Below the pieces are notes generated by a model. That model was given only the letters and a program-made list of their open reading frames with translations. It was not told the origin of the DNA and did not search any database. From NCBI GenBank assembly GCA_037969075.1, contig JBBKWS010000090.1:1-35391 (forward strand): a DNA stretch of 35,391 nt, written 5' to 3'. Made by a program: the position numbers and the translations under genes. Source of the stretch: Bdellovibrionales bacterium. GTDB taxonomy: Bacteria > Bdellovibrionota > Bdellovibrionia > Bdellovibrionales > UBA840. Below are positions 18,315 through 27,658 of the stretch, piece by piece (the stretch's first letter is position 1; each line of letters begins with the position of its first letter).

Positions 18315-20609
18315 TTAAAACGGTGAGCCAATAGAAAATTCAAAATTATAAGGCGCCTCACCTAAGTCCTCATTACGATCAATTGGAAAGCCCCACTCAA
18401 AACGCAGAGGGCCAAACGGGGTCAACCATCTAAATCCAAAACCATAATTTGACCTTAGTTCACTTAACTCGATCTCATCTTGCGCATTACCGATATCATA
18501 AAATACTACCCCTCTAATACTAGCCTCGGGAATTAGCGGAAACTCGAACTCTAAGTTATAGTAAAAAGCTTTTTCTCCGCCAAATGGGCGATCCTCACCT
18601 TTTGCTTTTGAGTACTTCTTTCTACCCACCGAAAAGTTTCTAAAGCCTCTCATGTTATATGCTCCTCCTAATAAATATAATTCATTAAAAGGTAAATCTT
18701 TATCGTTAACAGAGTCTAAGAATCTATATGCAATATTATTTCTCCATACCAATTCCCAGAACACTTTGTGGTAGTATCTAAAGTTTAGACTTGTTTTAGA
18801 AAAATACTTATCCCCGCCAAGGCCAGCGTATTCGTAAGACGCCGAAGCGTAAGCACCATCAGTTGGGGTTAACCTATCATCTCTTCTGTCATACTCTAAC
18901 GTTGCCGTTATTGAGCTAGTAATGCCGTTCACAGTATCAACAGGAAAAAGATCCGCGTCCCCATCTTCATCATCTAGCTTCAAGCTGGTATCATCTAATC
19001 TATAGCGCAAAAAACCAGATAGATAGTCAGTTATAGGATGACCCACACGTATTGCCGCCCCAAGTTTTTCTTGCTCAAAATCGTTTCTCTCTTCATCTTG
19101 TGAGTAAAGCTCAAAGCCCAAGCTCCACTTTGAGTCATTCAAATATGGCTCAGTGAAATTTAAAGAAACTGTCTTTTCTTTATCCGAATAATTAATATTT
19201 AAACCCAATTTTTGCCCATAGCCAAAAAGATTCGCCTGATTAATTTGTCCGTTTAAAACAAAGCCTTGGTAAGAAGAGTAACCTGCCCCAACTTGAATAG
19301 AGCCTGTATTCTTCTCTTTTACCTGCACTTCTATATCTAGAATTGTGGGCTGATTAACAGGTGTTGAAGTTTTAAAGTTAACCTCGTCAAAATACCCGAG
19401 TCTTTTAATATTAGCTAGAGACTCTCGTTTTCTGGTCTCATTATAAAGCTCACCTTCTGTGATCTTCAATTCTCTTCTTACGACCTTATCGCGCGTCTTA
19501 TCATTACCTACCACTGAGAACTTTCCGAAGTAAACTTTCTCACCCTTATCAAAATCGAAAGTGATGTTTACTTTTCTTTCTTCTTCTATGATTTGTGTGC
19601 GGGGAATAATGTTTGCAAACGCATACCCTAAGTCTCCGTATTTTGCTTGGAGATTGCTGATGTCACTTTGCATAACCAGAACCGAGAACACTTTTCTGTC
19701 ATCACTTTGTATCGCTTCTCTTAGCTCTACCTCTGGAAATAAAATATCTCCTGAAAAATCAATTTGCCCCACATCATACTGCAGGCCCTCTTCTACGTGA
19801 AACGTGATATATATACTTTTTTTATCAGGAGTTACGAATATCAGCGCGGGATCAACTTTTGCATTTACATATCCCTCGCTGTAATATGAGTGTAGTATAA
19901 TTTGCGCATCTCTCTCTAAGTTTTCTTGCTTAAAGCTACCAGAACTACCTAGAAAACTAAAAAAGCCACCTTCTTGAGTTTGCAGTCTACTTCTTAAAGT
20001 TGCCTCACCAATATTTTTGCTACCGATCACGCGAATCTTTTTGACCATAACCTTATCATTCTCTTCAATTAGAAAATGTAGAGCATAGGACTCTTGCTTA
20101 TTATCTGTGTATCTTAACTCATGCTTGATTTTAGCTAAGAAAAATCCTTTTTCTTCGTAGACTTTTAACATCTTATCAATAGCAGATTGAATCTTCCCTT
20201 GTGACAAAATAGTATAGGTTTTTAAACCAATCGCTTCTCTAAGATCGTCTTCACTAACATCACTATTACCATCGAAAAATATTTCAGTGATAGGCGGCTT
20301 TTCAGCTACTTTGTATGTTAATAAAAAACCAGAACCCTTATTTTTTTTATCCACTTCGATATTATAAAAATACCCAGTCTGAAATAACTTTATGATATCA
20401 GCTCTTACCGATTCATCAGAGTACGCGTCACCAACCTGGGTTGCGATGTTTCCTTTAATGGTTTCAGTTTCGATATTTTTATTTCCAGAGACTTGTATTT
20501 CGGTAACGGTTTTACCTGCTACTACCGATTTCTTTGCAGCAAAAGCCATAGAAAAAGGACCGCAAATAAATAGCAATATAAACATAAGGCGATAATTCGA
20601 TGTAAGCAC
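18315..20609 (-). CDS. bamA: Outer membrane protein assembly factor BamA
   Basis: Signal peptide, POTRA repeats (GNKNI, TRDKVVRRE, LGYF), barrel starting TGSIQVGAGY, MRGF loop-6 motif, WLTPFGPLRF, C-terminal Phe. GTG start with GGGGA RBS. Confidence 0.96.
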   Translation of the reverse strand: MLTSNYRLMFILLFICGPFSMAFAAKKSVVAGKTVTEIQVSGNKNIETETIKGNIATQVGDAYSDESVRADIIKLFQTGYFYNIEVDKKNKGSGFLLTYKVAEKPPITEIFFDGNSDVSEDDLREAIGLKTYTILSQGKIQSAIDKMLKVYEEKGFFLAKIKHELRYTDNKQESYALHFLIEENDKVMVKKIRVIGSKNIGEATLRSRLQTQEGGFFSFLGSSGSFKQENLERDAQIILHSYYSEGYVNAKVDPALIFVTPDKKSIYITFHVEEGLQYDVGQIDFSGDILFPEVELREAIQSDDRKVFSVLVMQSDISNLQAKYGDLGYAFANIIPRTQIIEEERKVNITFDFDKGEKVYFGKFSVVGNDKTRDKVVRRELKITEGELYNETRKRESLANIKRLGYFDEVNFKTSTPVNQPTILDIEVQVKEKNTGSIQVGAGYSSYQGFVLNGQINQANLFGYGQKLGLNINYSDKEKTVSLNFTEPYLNDSKWSLGFELYSQDEERNDFEQEKLGAAIRVGHPITDYLSGFLRYRLDDTSLKLDDEDGDADLFPVDTVNGITSSITATLEYDRRDDRLTPTDGAYASASYEYAGLGGDKYFSKTSLNFRYYHKVFWELVWRNNIAYRFLDSVNDKDLPFNELYLLGGAYNMRGFRNFSVGRKKYSKAKGEDRPFGGEKAFYYNLEFEFPLIPEASIRGVVFYDIGNAQDEIELSELRSNYGFGFRWLTPFGPLRFEWGFPIDRNEDLGEAPYNFEFSIGSPF

Positions 20610-20650
20610 TAAATCCCCAGTATTTACTTAGGTTTATCCTGTAGATAGTG

Positions 20651-20679
20651 AGGCTATATGGAAACAAAATCCTTGTCAA
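20651..20679 (-). promoter_or_regulatory. Sigma70-type promoter upstream of bamA
   Basis: Minus strand TTGACA (20679-20674), 17 nt spacer, TAGCCT (20656-20651). Confidence 0.72.
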
Positions 20680-20705
20680 AATGAGCTAATGCTCGCGGCG
20701 CGTAA

Positions 20706-21380
20706 TTATTGCCACTTACCATCTATCATTTTGTAGTGTCTCATAAATCTTGTAGCAAAGGTTTCGTCATGCGTAACCACAACTAGAGCGACATTGTATT
20801 TGTTGTGTAGCTCAAATAGTAAGCTCTGTACTTTTAGTCCATTTTCAGTGTCCAGATTGCCCGTTGGCTCATCCGCGAAGATTATCTTAGGCTTTCTGAT
20901 CAAAGCTCTAGCAATAGCTACTCTTTGCCTCTCGCCTCCGCTTAACTCTGAAGGAAAATGCTGCAGTCTATGCTCTAAGCCAACGTCTTTTAAAACCTGT
21001 GTGGCCATTAATCTAGCCGTCTTCTTAGGCAACCCGCCAATCATCGCCGGAAGCATTACATTCTCAAGAGCATTAAACTCAGGCAACAAGTGGTGGAACT
21101 GAAAAACAAAGCCCATAGTTTGATTGCGAAACCTGGACAACTCTTCATCTGACATTAAGTGAATAGCCTTATCTTGAAAAAACAACTCCCCTTTAGTCGG
21201 ACGATCCAAAGTGCCTAAAATATGCAGAAGCGTGCTTTTTCCCGCGCCACTTTTACCAGTGATTGCGATAGCTTCACCCGCTCTAATCTCGATGGATACT
21301 GCTTTTAATATTTCTAAGGTCTCATGTCCCTGTTTGTATGTTTTCTCAAGATTCTGTCCCTTTAATAAAACATTATTCAT
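20706..21380 (-). CDS. lolD: Lipoprotein-releasing ABC transporter ATPase
   Basis: GKSGAGKST, GFVFQFHHLLPEF, LSGGERQRVAIARAL, ADEPTGNLD, VTHD. Start taken as ATG 21380 (AAGGA upstream); 21395 is the alternative. Confidence 0.93.
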   Translation of the reverse strand: MNNVLLKGQNLEKTYKQGHETLEILKAVSIEIRAGEAIAITGKSGAGKSTLLHILGTLDRPTKGELFFQDKAIHLMSDEELSRFRNQTMGFVFQFHHLLPEFNALENVMLPAMIGGLPKKTARLMATQVLKDVGLEHRLQHFPSELSGGERQRVAIARALIRKPKIIFADEPTGNLDTENGLKVQSLLFELHNKYNVALVVVTHDETFATRFMRHYKMIDGKWQ

Positions 21381-22584
21381 AACGTAATCCTTCAATGCTA
21401 TTTAAGCGCGCTCCCCGCATCGCAGGAAGCAAGGTAGATAAAAACGAAAGTAAAAATGAAACCGTAAATATAATAACCATGTCGCTAAATCTAATATCAA
21501 CGGGCAAGCGGCTAATCTTATAAATCTCAGCAGGAATTTGAAAAAATGCGCTACGAACCACTAAGTGACAAACACCATAACCCAATAATAAACCTAAAAT
21601 AGTACCAAAAAATCCTATCATGATTCCTTGAATACTAAACAGCTGTAAAAGAAATTTTTTCGAAGCCCCAAAGCTTTTAAGAATGGCAATCTCATTATAC
21701 CTTTTTAGTACAGCGATAAATAAAGATGAAGATACATTAAAACAAGCCGCTACAATCATGACTGATAACACTAAAAATAAAATATACTTTTCATACGCTA
21801 CAGCGCTCAAAAAGTTTCTATTATGCTGAAACCAATCTTTCGCATAAAACTGGCTACCTAATTTTGCGTTCAAAAGCACAGCTTTAGGTATAGCTATTTC
21901 TTTATCAGTTAACTGTAAGAGAAGCCCACTATATTGGTTTTTTCCTAAGTCAGATAATTCTTGAACCCACTTAGAATCCGTAAAAATAATTCTTTCGTTA
22001 TAATCAAACTTTCCTAAATCTAAAAAACCACTGACCGTGAAGGTCTTTACGATGGGTTTAAATTGATAAGAAGACGCTGTAACAGCCTTAGGGACAACAA
22101 TTCGAATCCGATCTCCAACATTTACTTTTTGTGTAGACTTGAACTCTTGCCCTAAAACTACTTTGGGGTTTTCACTAGTACCAAAATCCCAGACTCCCTC
22201 TGTTAGTCGGTGTTCAACTCGCTTGGTCGCATAACTATCTTTACCTTGGCCACGCAATACTACCCCGTGCACTTTACCTTTGTAAGCAAACAGTGCCTCT
22301 AAATGTACAAATGGGCTGATCTGTGTGATCTCAGGCACAATCTCGGTGATTTCGTTCACTACTTCTTTATTAAGATTCAAATGCCCGCGCTTTAACACTA
22401 AAACATGACCCGTAAAATCTATTACTGATTCATGAATGGCTTTTTCAAAACCGTTCACCACCGACATGGAAACAACAAGAGCAGCTACACCTATCATCAT
22501 TCCAAACATGGCAAATAACGAGCTAATTGTTACGAACTTATTGCCACTCTGTAAGTAGCGCCAAACCATCCAAGCCTTCATCAT
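21373..22584 (-). CDS. lolE: Lipoprotein-releasing ABC transporter permease (LolC/LolE family)
   Basis: GVAALVVSMSVVNGF, periplasmic domain, EIAILKSFGA, IYKISRLP, LRYE C-terminus. Single permease before lolD. Confidence 0.88.
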   Translation of the reverse strand: MMKAWMVWRYLQSGNKFVTISSLFAMFGMMIGVAALVVSMSVVNGFEKAIHESVIDFTGHVLVLKRGHLNLNKEVVNEITEIVPEITQISPFVHLEALFAYKGKVHGVVLRGQGKDSYATKRVEHRLTEGVWDFGTSENPKVVLGQEFKSTQKVNVGDRIRIVVPKAVTASSYQFKPIVKTFTVSGFLDLGKFDYNERIIFTDSKWVQELSDLGKNQYSGLLLQLTDKEIAIPKAVLLNAKLGSQFYAKDWFQHNRNFLSAVAYEKYILFLVLSVMIVAACFNVSSSLFIAVLKRYNEIAILKSFGASKKFLLQLFSIQGIMIGFFGTILGLLLGYGVCHLVVRSAFFQIPAEIYKISRLPVDIRFSDMVIIFTVSFLLSFLSTLLPAMRGARLNSIEGLRYE

Positions 22585-23706
22585 GCCTTATCCCCTGCTA
22601 CCTGCTCTTTTAAAAAAGCATAAACGAAATCCTGCAAGTAGCCATCAAGAACATCTTGCACCTGACTAGTTTCGTATAACGTCCTGTGATCTTTTACCAT
22701 CTGATAAGGATGCATGACATAGGATCTAATTTGACTTCCCCACTCGACAGCTTTTTTTGTTGCATTTACTTTGTCTTTTTCTTTTTGTCTTTCGGCAAGC
22801 TCTCTCTCGTATAGTGCAGCCTTCATCATCTTCATGGCTTTATCACGATTGGTATGCTGTGAACGCTCGCTCTGACATTGAACAACAATCCCTGTAGGCA
22901 AATGAGTCATCCTTACGGCCGAATCTGTTTTATTTATATGTTGTCCACCGGCGCCGCTAGCACGGTAAGTATCTATTCGTAGATCTTCATCTTTAACAAC
23001 TATCGTAATATTATCGTCAACCTCTGGATAAACAAATACAGAAGCAAAACTAGTATGCCTTCTTGCATTTGAATCAAATGGACTAATTCTCACGAGTCTA
23101 TGTACACCCGACTCTGCTTTTAGATTACCATATGCAAACGGCCCACTTAGAAGTAGAGAAACCGATTTAATACCAACCGTTTCTCCCTCGGTCATTTCAA
23201 GAAGTTCTATTGAATACCCTTGCTTGTCGGCATACCGAGAGTACATGCGATACAACATATTAGCCCAATCGCAAGACTCTGTGCCCCCAGCGCCAGAGTT
23301 AATAGACACATAGGCATTATTAATATCGCTTTCGCCATTCAACAATGTCTTTAGTTCGATTTCATCATGTAGTTTTAATAATGATTTTAGTTCATTTTGT
23401 ACTTCTAAAAAACTATCCTCATCTTGCGCTTCTTCTGACATATCTAACAGCACAAGCGCATCTTCAAGTCTTGTACGTAAATCATTATAGTCCCCTAAAG
23501 ATTTATCTAGAAACGATCTCTCTTGGTTGTACTTATTTAATAAAGCTGGTTTATTCCATACATCAGGATTTTCAGATTGAAGATTTAATTCTGCAATTCG
23601 TTTTTGTTTAGTATCGACGTCAAAGATACCCCCGAAGATCCTGTGTCTTCTTAGAGAGCTCTTGTAGCCGTGCTTTTACTTCCAACAAATATATAGATAT
23701 AGACAT
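22581..23706 (-). CDS. prfB: Peptide chain release factor 2, made by +1 programmed frameshift (about 374 aa)
   Basis: 28 codons from ATG 23706 end ...LRGYL-TGA. The +1 frame (DVDTKQKRI...) is continuous with the 22581..23453 ORF, which carries SPF and GGQ. Confidence 0.96.
23619..23634 (-). promoter_or_regulatory. prfB +1 frameshift cassette
   Basis: CGGGGG-TAT-CTT-TGA-C: internal SD-like sequence, 3 nt spacer, shift site CTTTGAC at 23625-23619. Confidence 0.95.
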
Positions 23707-23712
23707 GAAATA

Positions 23713-23741
23713 AAGCTAACACCTGCAAAAATTGCTTGCAA
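23713..23741 (-). promoter_or_regulatory. Sigma70-type promoter of prfB, predicted leaderless
   Basis: TTGCAA (23741-23736), 17 nt spacer ending TGT, TAGCTT (23718-23713), 6 nt, ATG. Confidence 0.62.
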
Positions 23742-23742
23742 A

Positions 23743-24183
23743 TCAAAAAAGAGAAACAGTGGTGGTATTTAACACGGCGAATGCATCATCCTGTATTTTA
23801 AACATACGCTTGGCTGAGATCGGATCATCTTCATGCTCATACCCGCAAAGATGTAAAACCCCGTGTATCAATAGATATATAAATTCTGATTCAAGCGAAT
23901 GCTTGTTGTCTTGTGCCTGCTCTCGCAGCTTATTCAAGCAAAACACGAGTTCTCCCAATTCTTCAGGCGTTGAGGTAAAACTTAAAACATCAGTGACAGA
24001 GTCTTTTTTTCGGTACGTGCGATTTAGGTCCTGCATTTTTTCTGTATTTACAAATACAAGCGTTAACGAGGTTTTACTTGGGTCAATATAGGCTGATAAA
24101 TGCTTCGTAACTTTATTTACTACAATATGTAGATTTTCAATCTGAACCACCTCAGCGGTAAGATTTTGGATCAAAAACTCCAC
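23743..24183 (-). CDS. ybeY: rRNA maturation endoribonuclease YbeY
   Basis: LNRTYR, TDVLSF, LGELV, HGVLHLCGYEH zinc motif. Confidence 0.94.
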   Translation of the reverse strand: MEFLIQNLTAEVVQIENLHIVVNKVTKHLSAYIDPSKTSLTLVFVNTEKMQDLNRTYRKKDSVTDVLSFTSTPEELGELVFCLNKLREQAQDNKHSLESEFIYLLIHGVLHLCGYEHEDDPISAKRMFKIQDDAFAVLNTTTVSLF

Positions 24184-26643
24184 TTAACGGCCTTTAACAC
24201 TAATTAAATTGGTAGACTTCTCAGAATCAACGCCACCCATTTTGGTTGGGTAGTCCATTCTTTGGTGATAAATTGTTAATAGGATTCTCTCATAAACATG
24301 TTCAATCGTTGATAAGTCGCGAAGCGTAAGATTACACTCATCTAACTGTCCATCTAAAAATTTATTTTGAATAATATTTTTCACAATATTTTGCAATCTC
24401 GCAGGTGTTGGTTCATCTAAAGATCTTGCTGCTGCCTCAATAGAGTCAGCAAGCATCACTAATCCAGCCTCTTTAAACTGCGGTTTAGGGCCAGGGTATC
24501 TAAATTCTGCTTCTGACACCTTATGGATATCATCTTCGAGTTCTTTGGCTTTATTATAAAAATAAGAAATCAACGTAGTGCCATGATGCTGTAAAATAAT
24601 ATCTAGCATAGGCTTACCTAACTTATAACTTATAGCTAATTCAGCTCCATCTTTTACGTGAGCAATCAATATTGTTTTACTCATATGTGGAGAAATTGCA
24701 TCGTGCGGATTATAGCCCGCCCTCTGATTTTCAACAAAATATTCCGAGTGATGCATTTTACCAATATCATGATAAAAAGCTCCCACCTTTGAAAGTAACG
24801 GATTAGCCCCTATTTCTTCAGCCGCACTTTCTGCCATTGTTCCTACTATTACAGAATGGTGATATGTACCTGGGGCTTTCAAAAGCATTTCTTTTAAAAG
24901 AGGGTGATTCAAGTTGCTTAATTCTAACAACCTTACATCTGTTGTATAGTTAAAAACCGTTTCAAATAGTGGTGTTAGCATCATAGTAACCAAAGCAGAA
25001 AATATACCTGAGAAAAATGCTGAGGGCGCATACCAAACCATAGATGATACGGCAGTGTCTTTTGCTGTAAGCCATGTTAAAAAACAAATCACTAATACGT
25101 TTACGATACCCACTCTAACGCCGGCAAGATATACGTGATTTCTTTTTTTTGTATTGAACACTCCCCTTGCGCCTGCAACACCACCAATCACAGTATATAA
25201 AAAGTAATTGAAATCAAACTTAACCATCACGCCTAAAACAGCAGCTAAGAAAATACAAAACAACCAAACAATCTCGCCTCTGGTAATTAACAGACCAACT
25301 ATCATTGGTGCCGCGGCAATAGGTGCTAAATATAAAAAGAACTTGTCGGGCACACTAAACCCTAGCTCTCTAAATACAGTCACATCAGTAACCAATAATA
25401 ATACTTTTGTTAAAAGCACCACAACTAATGTAATACTGCCCATTGCCCATAAATCTTTACTAACTACAGCTGAGGCTACCCCCGAGAGTCTTCTTACAAA
25501 AGAAAAAAGTACTAAAATTAATGTTGTTAACAACAATGCCGTTACCAAAGAGAAGAAGTCTTGATCTCTTTGTAGACTGATCTTTCTAACTTCATTCAAC
25601 ACCATAATTTGTTTCTTATGAACAGGTGCGCCCTCAGGAACAATGATCTGCCCCTTCTTAACGGATACCAATACGCTTGGAACGGACTCTCTAGCCGCCT
25701 GTCTACGAATCGCTGTTTCTTGTATATTCTGACTTAAATTAGGAACAATCAAACTTGCCACAAAACGCAAAAGTATTTTTCGATCTGAAATATCAATACT
25801 TTTTAAGAAACTTGCATCAGAATTAAGGATCATCTTTTTAACAAGCAGTACATCTGTAAGTGTCTTTACTTCACTTGACGTTTCTTCTATCGAAACTGGC
25901 TTTTGCTCTGCTCCAGTTTCTAAGGTCCTTACTATGACTAGGTTGTTTGATGTTCTTCTTAGAGGCGTAATATCTGTTGAAATTTTCTTTTGGCTAATAG
26001 GATCTAACAATCGGTACGTATAACTGAGGTACAGCGAACTAAACCGTTTTTTCGTTAGCCAAATAAAAATGTCTTCGGTTAAGTTTCTTATTTCAAGAAT
26101 CTCTTCAAATTTATTTTTATTTTTTAAAAATGTAGTCGCAAAACGATCATGAGCCACTTCGCTCCTAGGAACGTTACTTCCAGCAAGTAAGACTCGCATC
26201 GTTCTAAAGCCGCGATCTAATTTTTGATAGAGCTGGTCATATTCCTCAACATCATAATCAAAAATAGGAGGTATACTCGCTTCAGCTTTTTGCTTTTGCT
26301 CTGCCGTTTCAATATAATCACTAAATTCAAAATTAAATGGAGATTTGATATCGGCAATAGAGATATCGCCTTCTTGGTATTCGATACCAGTTAAACTAAA
26401 TTCAAAGTTTATAAAAATCGATAAGACAAAGCAGAATAAGAAAATATAAACAATCCGGCGAACCCCAAAAGACTCATCTAAGTAATGTATCCAACGACCA
26501 AAAAACGTTTTTTCTATACCTAGTGTATTAACCCATTCCACAAAATTGGTCGAAGACGAGCTATATTTAGTTCGTAAGTTATTTTTTTGGGCCTTTTTCG
26601 CATTGGCCTGTAGTCGTTTTAACTTATCTTCTTCGTTTGCCAT
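24184..26643 (-). CDS. 7TM receptor-HD family metal-dependent phosphohydrolase (PgpH-like)
   Basis: N-terminal TM, large extracytoplasmic domain, multi-TM block, then LLELSNLNHPLL, APGTYHHS, YHDIGK, QHHGT, FRYPGPKPQ, MLADSIEAA. Confidence 0.9.
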   Translation of the reverse strand: MANEEDKLKRLQANAKKAQKNNLRTKYSSSSTNFVEWVNTLGIEKTFFGRWIHYLDESFGVRRIVYIFLFCFVLSIFINFEFSLTGIEYQEGDISIADIKSPFNFEFSDYIETAEQKQKAEASIPPIFDYDVEEYDQLYQKLDRGFRTMRVLLAGSNVPRSEVAHDRFATTFLKNKNKFEEILEIRNLTEDIFIWLTKKRFSSLYLSYTYRLLDPISQKKISTDITPLRRTSNNLVIVRTLETGAEQKPVSIEETSSEVKTLTDVLLVKKMILNSDASFLKSIDISDRKILLRFVASLIVPNLSQNIQETAIRRQAARESVPSVLVSVKKGQIIVPEGAPVHKKQIMVLNEVRKISLQRDQDFFSLVTALLLTTLILVLFSFVRRLSGVASAVVSKDLWAMGSITLVVVLLTKVLLLVTDVTVFRELGFSVPDKFFLYLAPIAAAPMIVGLLITRGEIVWLFCIFLAAVLGVMVKFDFNYFLYTVIGGVAGARGVFNTKKRNHVYLAGVRVGIVNVLVICFLTWLTAKDTAVSSMVWYAPSAFFSGIFSALVTMMLTPLFETVFNYTTDVRLLELSNLNHPLLKEMLLKAPGTYHHSVIVGTMAESAAEEIGANPLLSKVGAFYHDIGKMHHSEYFVENQRAGYNPHDAISPHMSKTILIAHVKDGAELAISYKLGKPMLDIILQHHGTTLISYFYNKAKELEDDIHKVSEAEFRYPGPKPQFKEAGLVMLADSIEAAARSLDEPTPARLQNIVKNIIQNKFLDGQLDECNLTLRDLSTIEHVYERILLTIYHQRMDYPTKMGGVDSEKSTNLISVKGR

Positions 26644-26653
26644 ACACTCTTCT

Positions 26654-26679
26654 TTATCGGCCTTAACACTCTGCCTTAC
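26654..26679 (-). promoter_or_regulatory. Possible sigma28 (FliA)-type promoter of the 7TM-HD gene
   Basis: Perfect -10 GCCGATAA (26661-26654) 10 nt upstream of ATG; GTAAG 13 nt further upstream, an imperfect -35 and spacing. Confidence 0.55.
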
Positions 26680-26823
26680 AAGTCTATTTTAACGGAAAAC
26701 CTAGTGATTTTATACGTTTTTTAAGCAGAACTGCCTATCTACTAATATTTGCATTCATCTTAGTCTAGTCCTAAGCCAAAAGGCATAATAAAAACTAATT
26801 TCACCACAGTATCAAAAATAGTA

Positions 26824-26852
26824 TGGACCATAGTAAATACATTCTTTATAGT
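26824..26852 (+). promoter_or_regulatory. Sigma70-type promoter of mazG, predicted leaderless
   Basis: TGGACC (26824-26829), 17 nt spacer, TATAGT (26847-26852), 7 nt, ATG 26860; no SD. Confidence 0.62.
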
Positions 26853-26859
26853 CCCAAAA

Positions 26860-27657
26860 ATGAAAACTCCCCCTAAAGAATATCGTAGCTTCCAATCGTT
26901 ACAAAAAATAATAGCAGATTTACAAGACCCCGACGGCGGATGTCCTTGGGATTTAGAGCAAACACACAAATCACTTTGTAAATTTGCCGTAGAAGAAACC
27001 TATGAATTAGTGGATGCCATTGAGGCTGACGATCTTGCGGGCATGAAAGAAGAACTTGGCGATGTTCTGTTACAAGTAATGATACATGCCGAAATAGCAA
27101 AAAAATCTAGTTCGTTTACTATTGATGATGTCATCGAATCTATTGGAACGAAGATGGTTCGTAGACACCCACACGTATTTGGCGATACAAAAGTAACTGA
27201 TGCCGATGAGGTTCTAAAGAACTGGGAACAAATCAAAGTGAGAGAAAAGTCGGGCAAAAAATCTTGGTTTAACTTTCCTAAACACTTACCTTCACTAAGT
27301 GTATCTGATAAAATTGGTAGTAAGAGCCAAAAATACGATTTTGATTGGGAAACCAAAGAGCAAGTCTTTGAGAAAGTCACTGAAGAGTTGGCCGAGGTAA
27401 CAGAGGCGATTGCACTTGATGATATAGATAAAATTGAAGACGAAATTGGCGACTTATTATTTGTTGTTGCACAACTGGCAAGACATCACAAACTCGATCC
27501 AGAGCAAGCACTAAGACGTAGCAATAATAAATTTATGTCTAGATTTACTAAAATGATGGAGCTTACTGAAGATCGAGAAACCGACTTCTCATCTCTGTCG
27601 CTAGAGCAAAAAGAAGCCTTGTGGCAAGAAGTAAAAGTAATTCTTAACAAGAGATAA
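26860..27657 (+). CDS. mazG: Nucleoside triphosphate pyrophosphohydrolase MazG (tandem domain)
   Basis: GCPWDLEQT, EETYE, EELGDVLLQV, RRHPHVF, FDW, EELAE, EIGDLLF. Confidence 0.95.
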   Translation: MKTPPKEYRSFQSLQKIIADLQDPDGGCPWDLEQTHKSLCKFAVEETYELVDAIEADDLAGMKEELGDVLLQVMIHAEIAKKSSSFTIDDVIESIGTKMVRRHPHVFGDTKVTDADEVLKNWEQIKVREKSGKKSWFNFPKHLPSLSVSDKIGSKSQKYDFDWETKEQVFEKVTEELAEVTEAIALDDIDKIEDEIGDLLFVVAQLARHHKLDPEQALRRSNNKFMSRFTKMMELTEDRETDFSSLSLEQKEALWQEVKVILNKR

Positions 27658-27658
27658 A

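Noticed and set aside
22581..23706. prfB as a pseudogene or sequencing error
   Set aside because: The in-frame TGA lies in the canonical CTTTGAC frameshift cassette with its upstream SD-like sequence.
26724..26777. Short words shared with the 11727-11828 intergenic region (AGAACTGC, TAGTCTA) and a CTTAG...CTAAG palindrome
   Set aside because: Matches of 5-8 bp in different order; compatible with chance.
26860..27657. mazG as an anti-phage or toxin-antitoxin component
   Set aside because: Ordinary tandem-domain housekeeping MazG with no mazEF or defence genes nearby.
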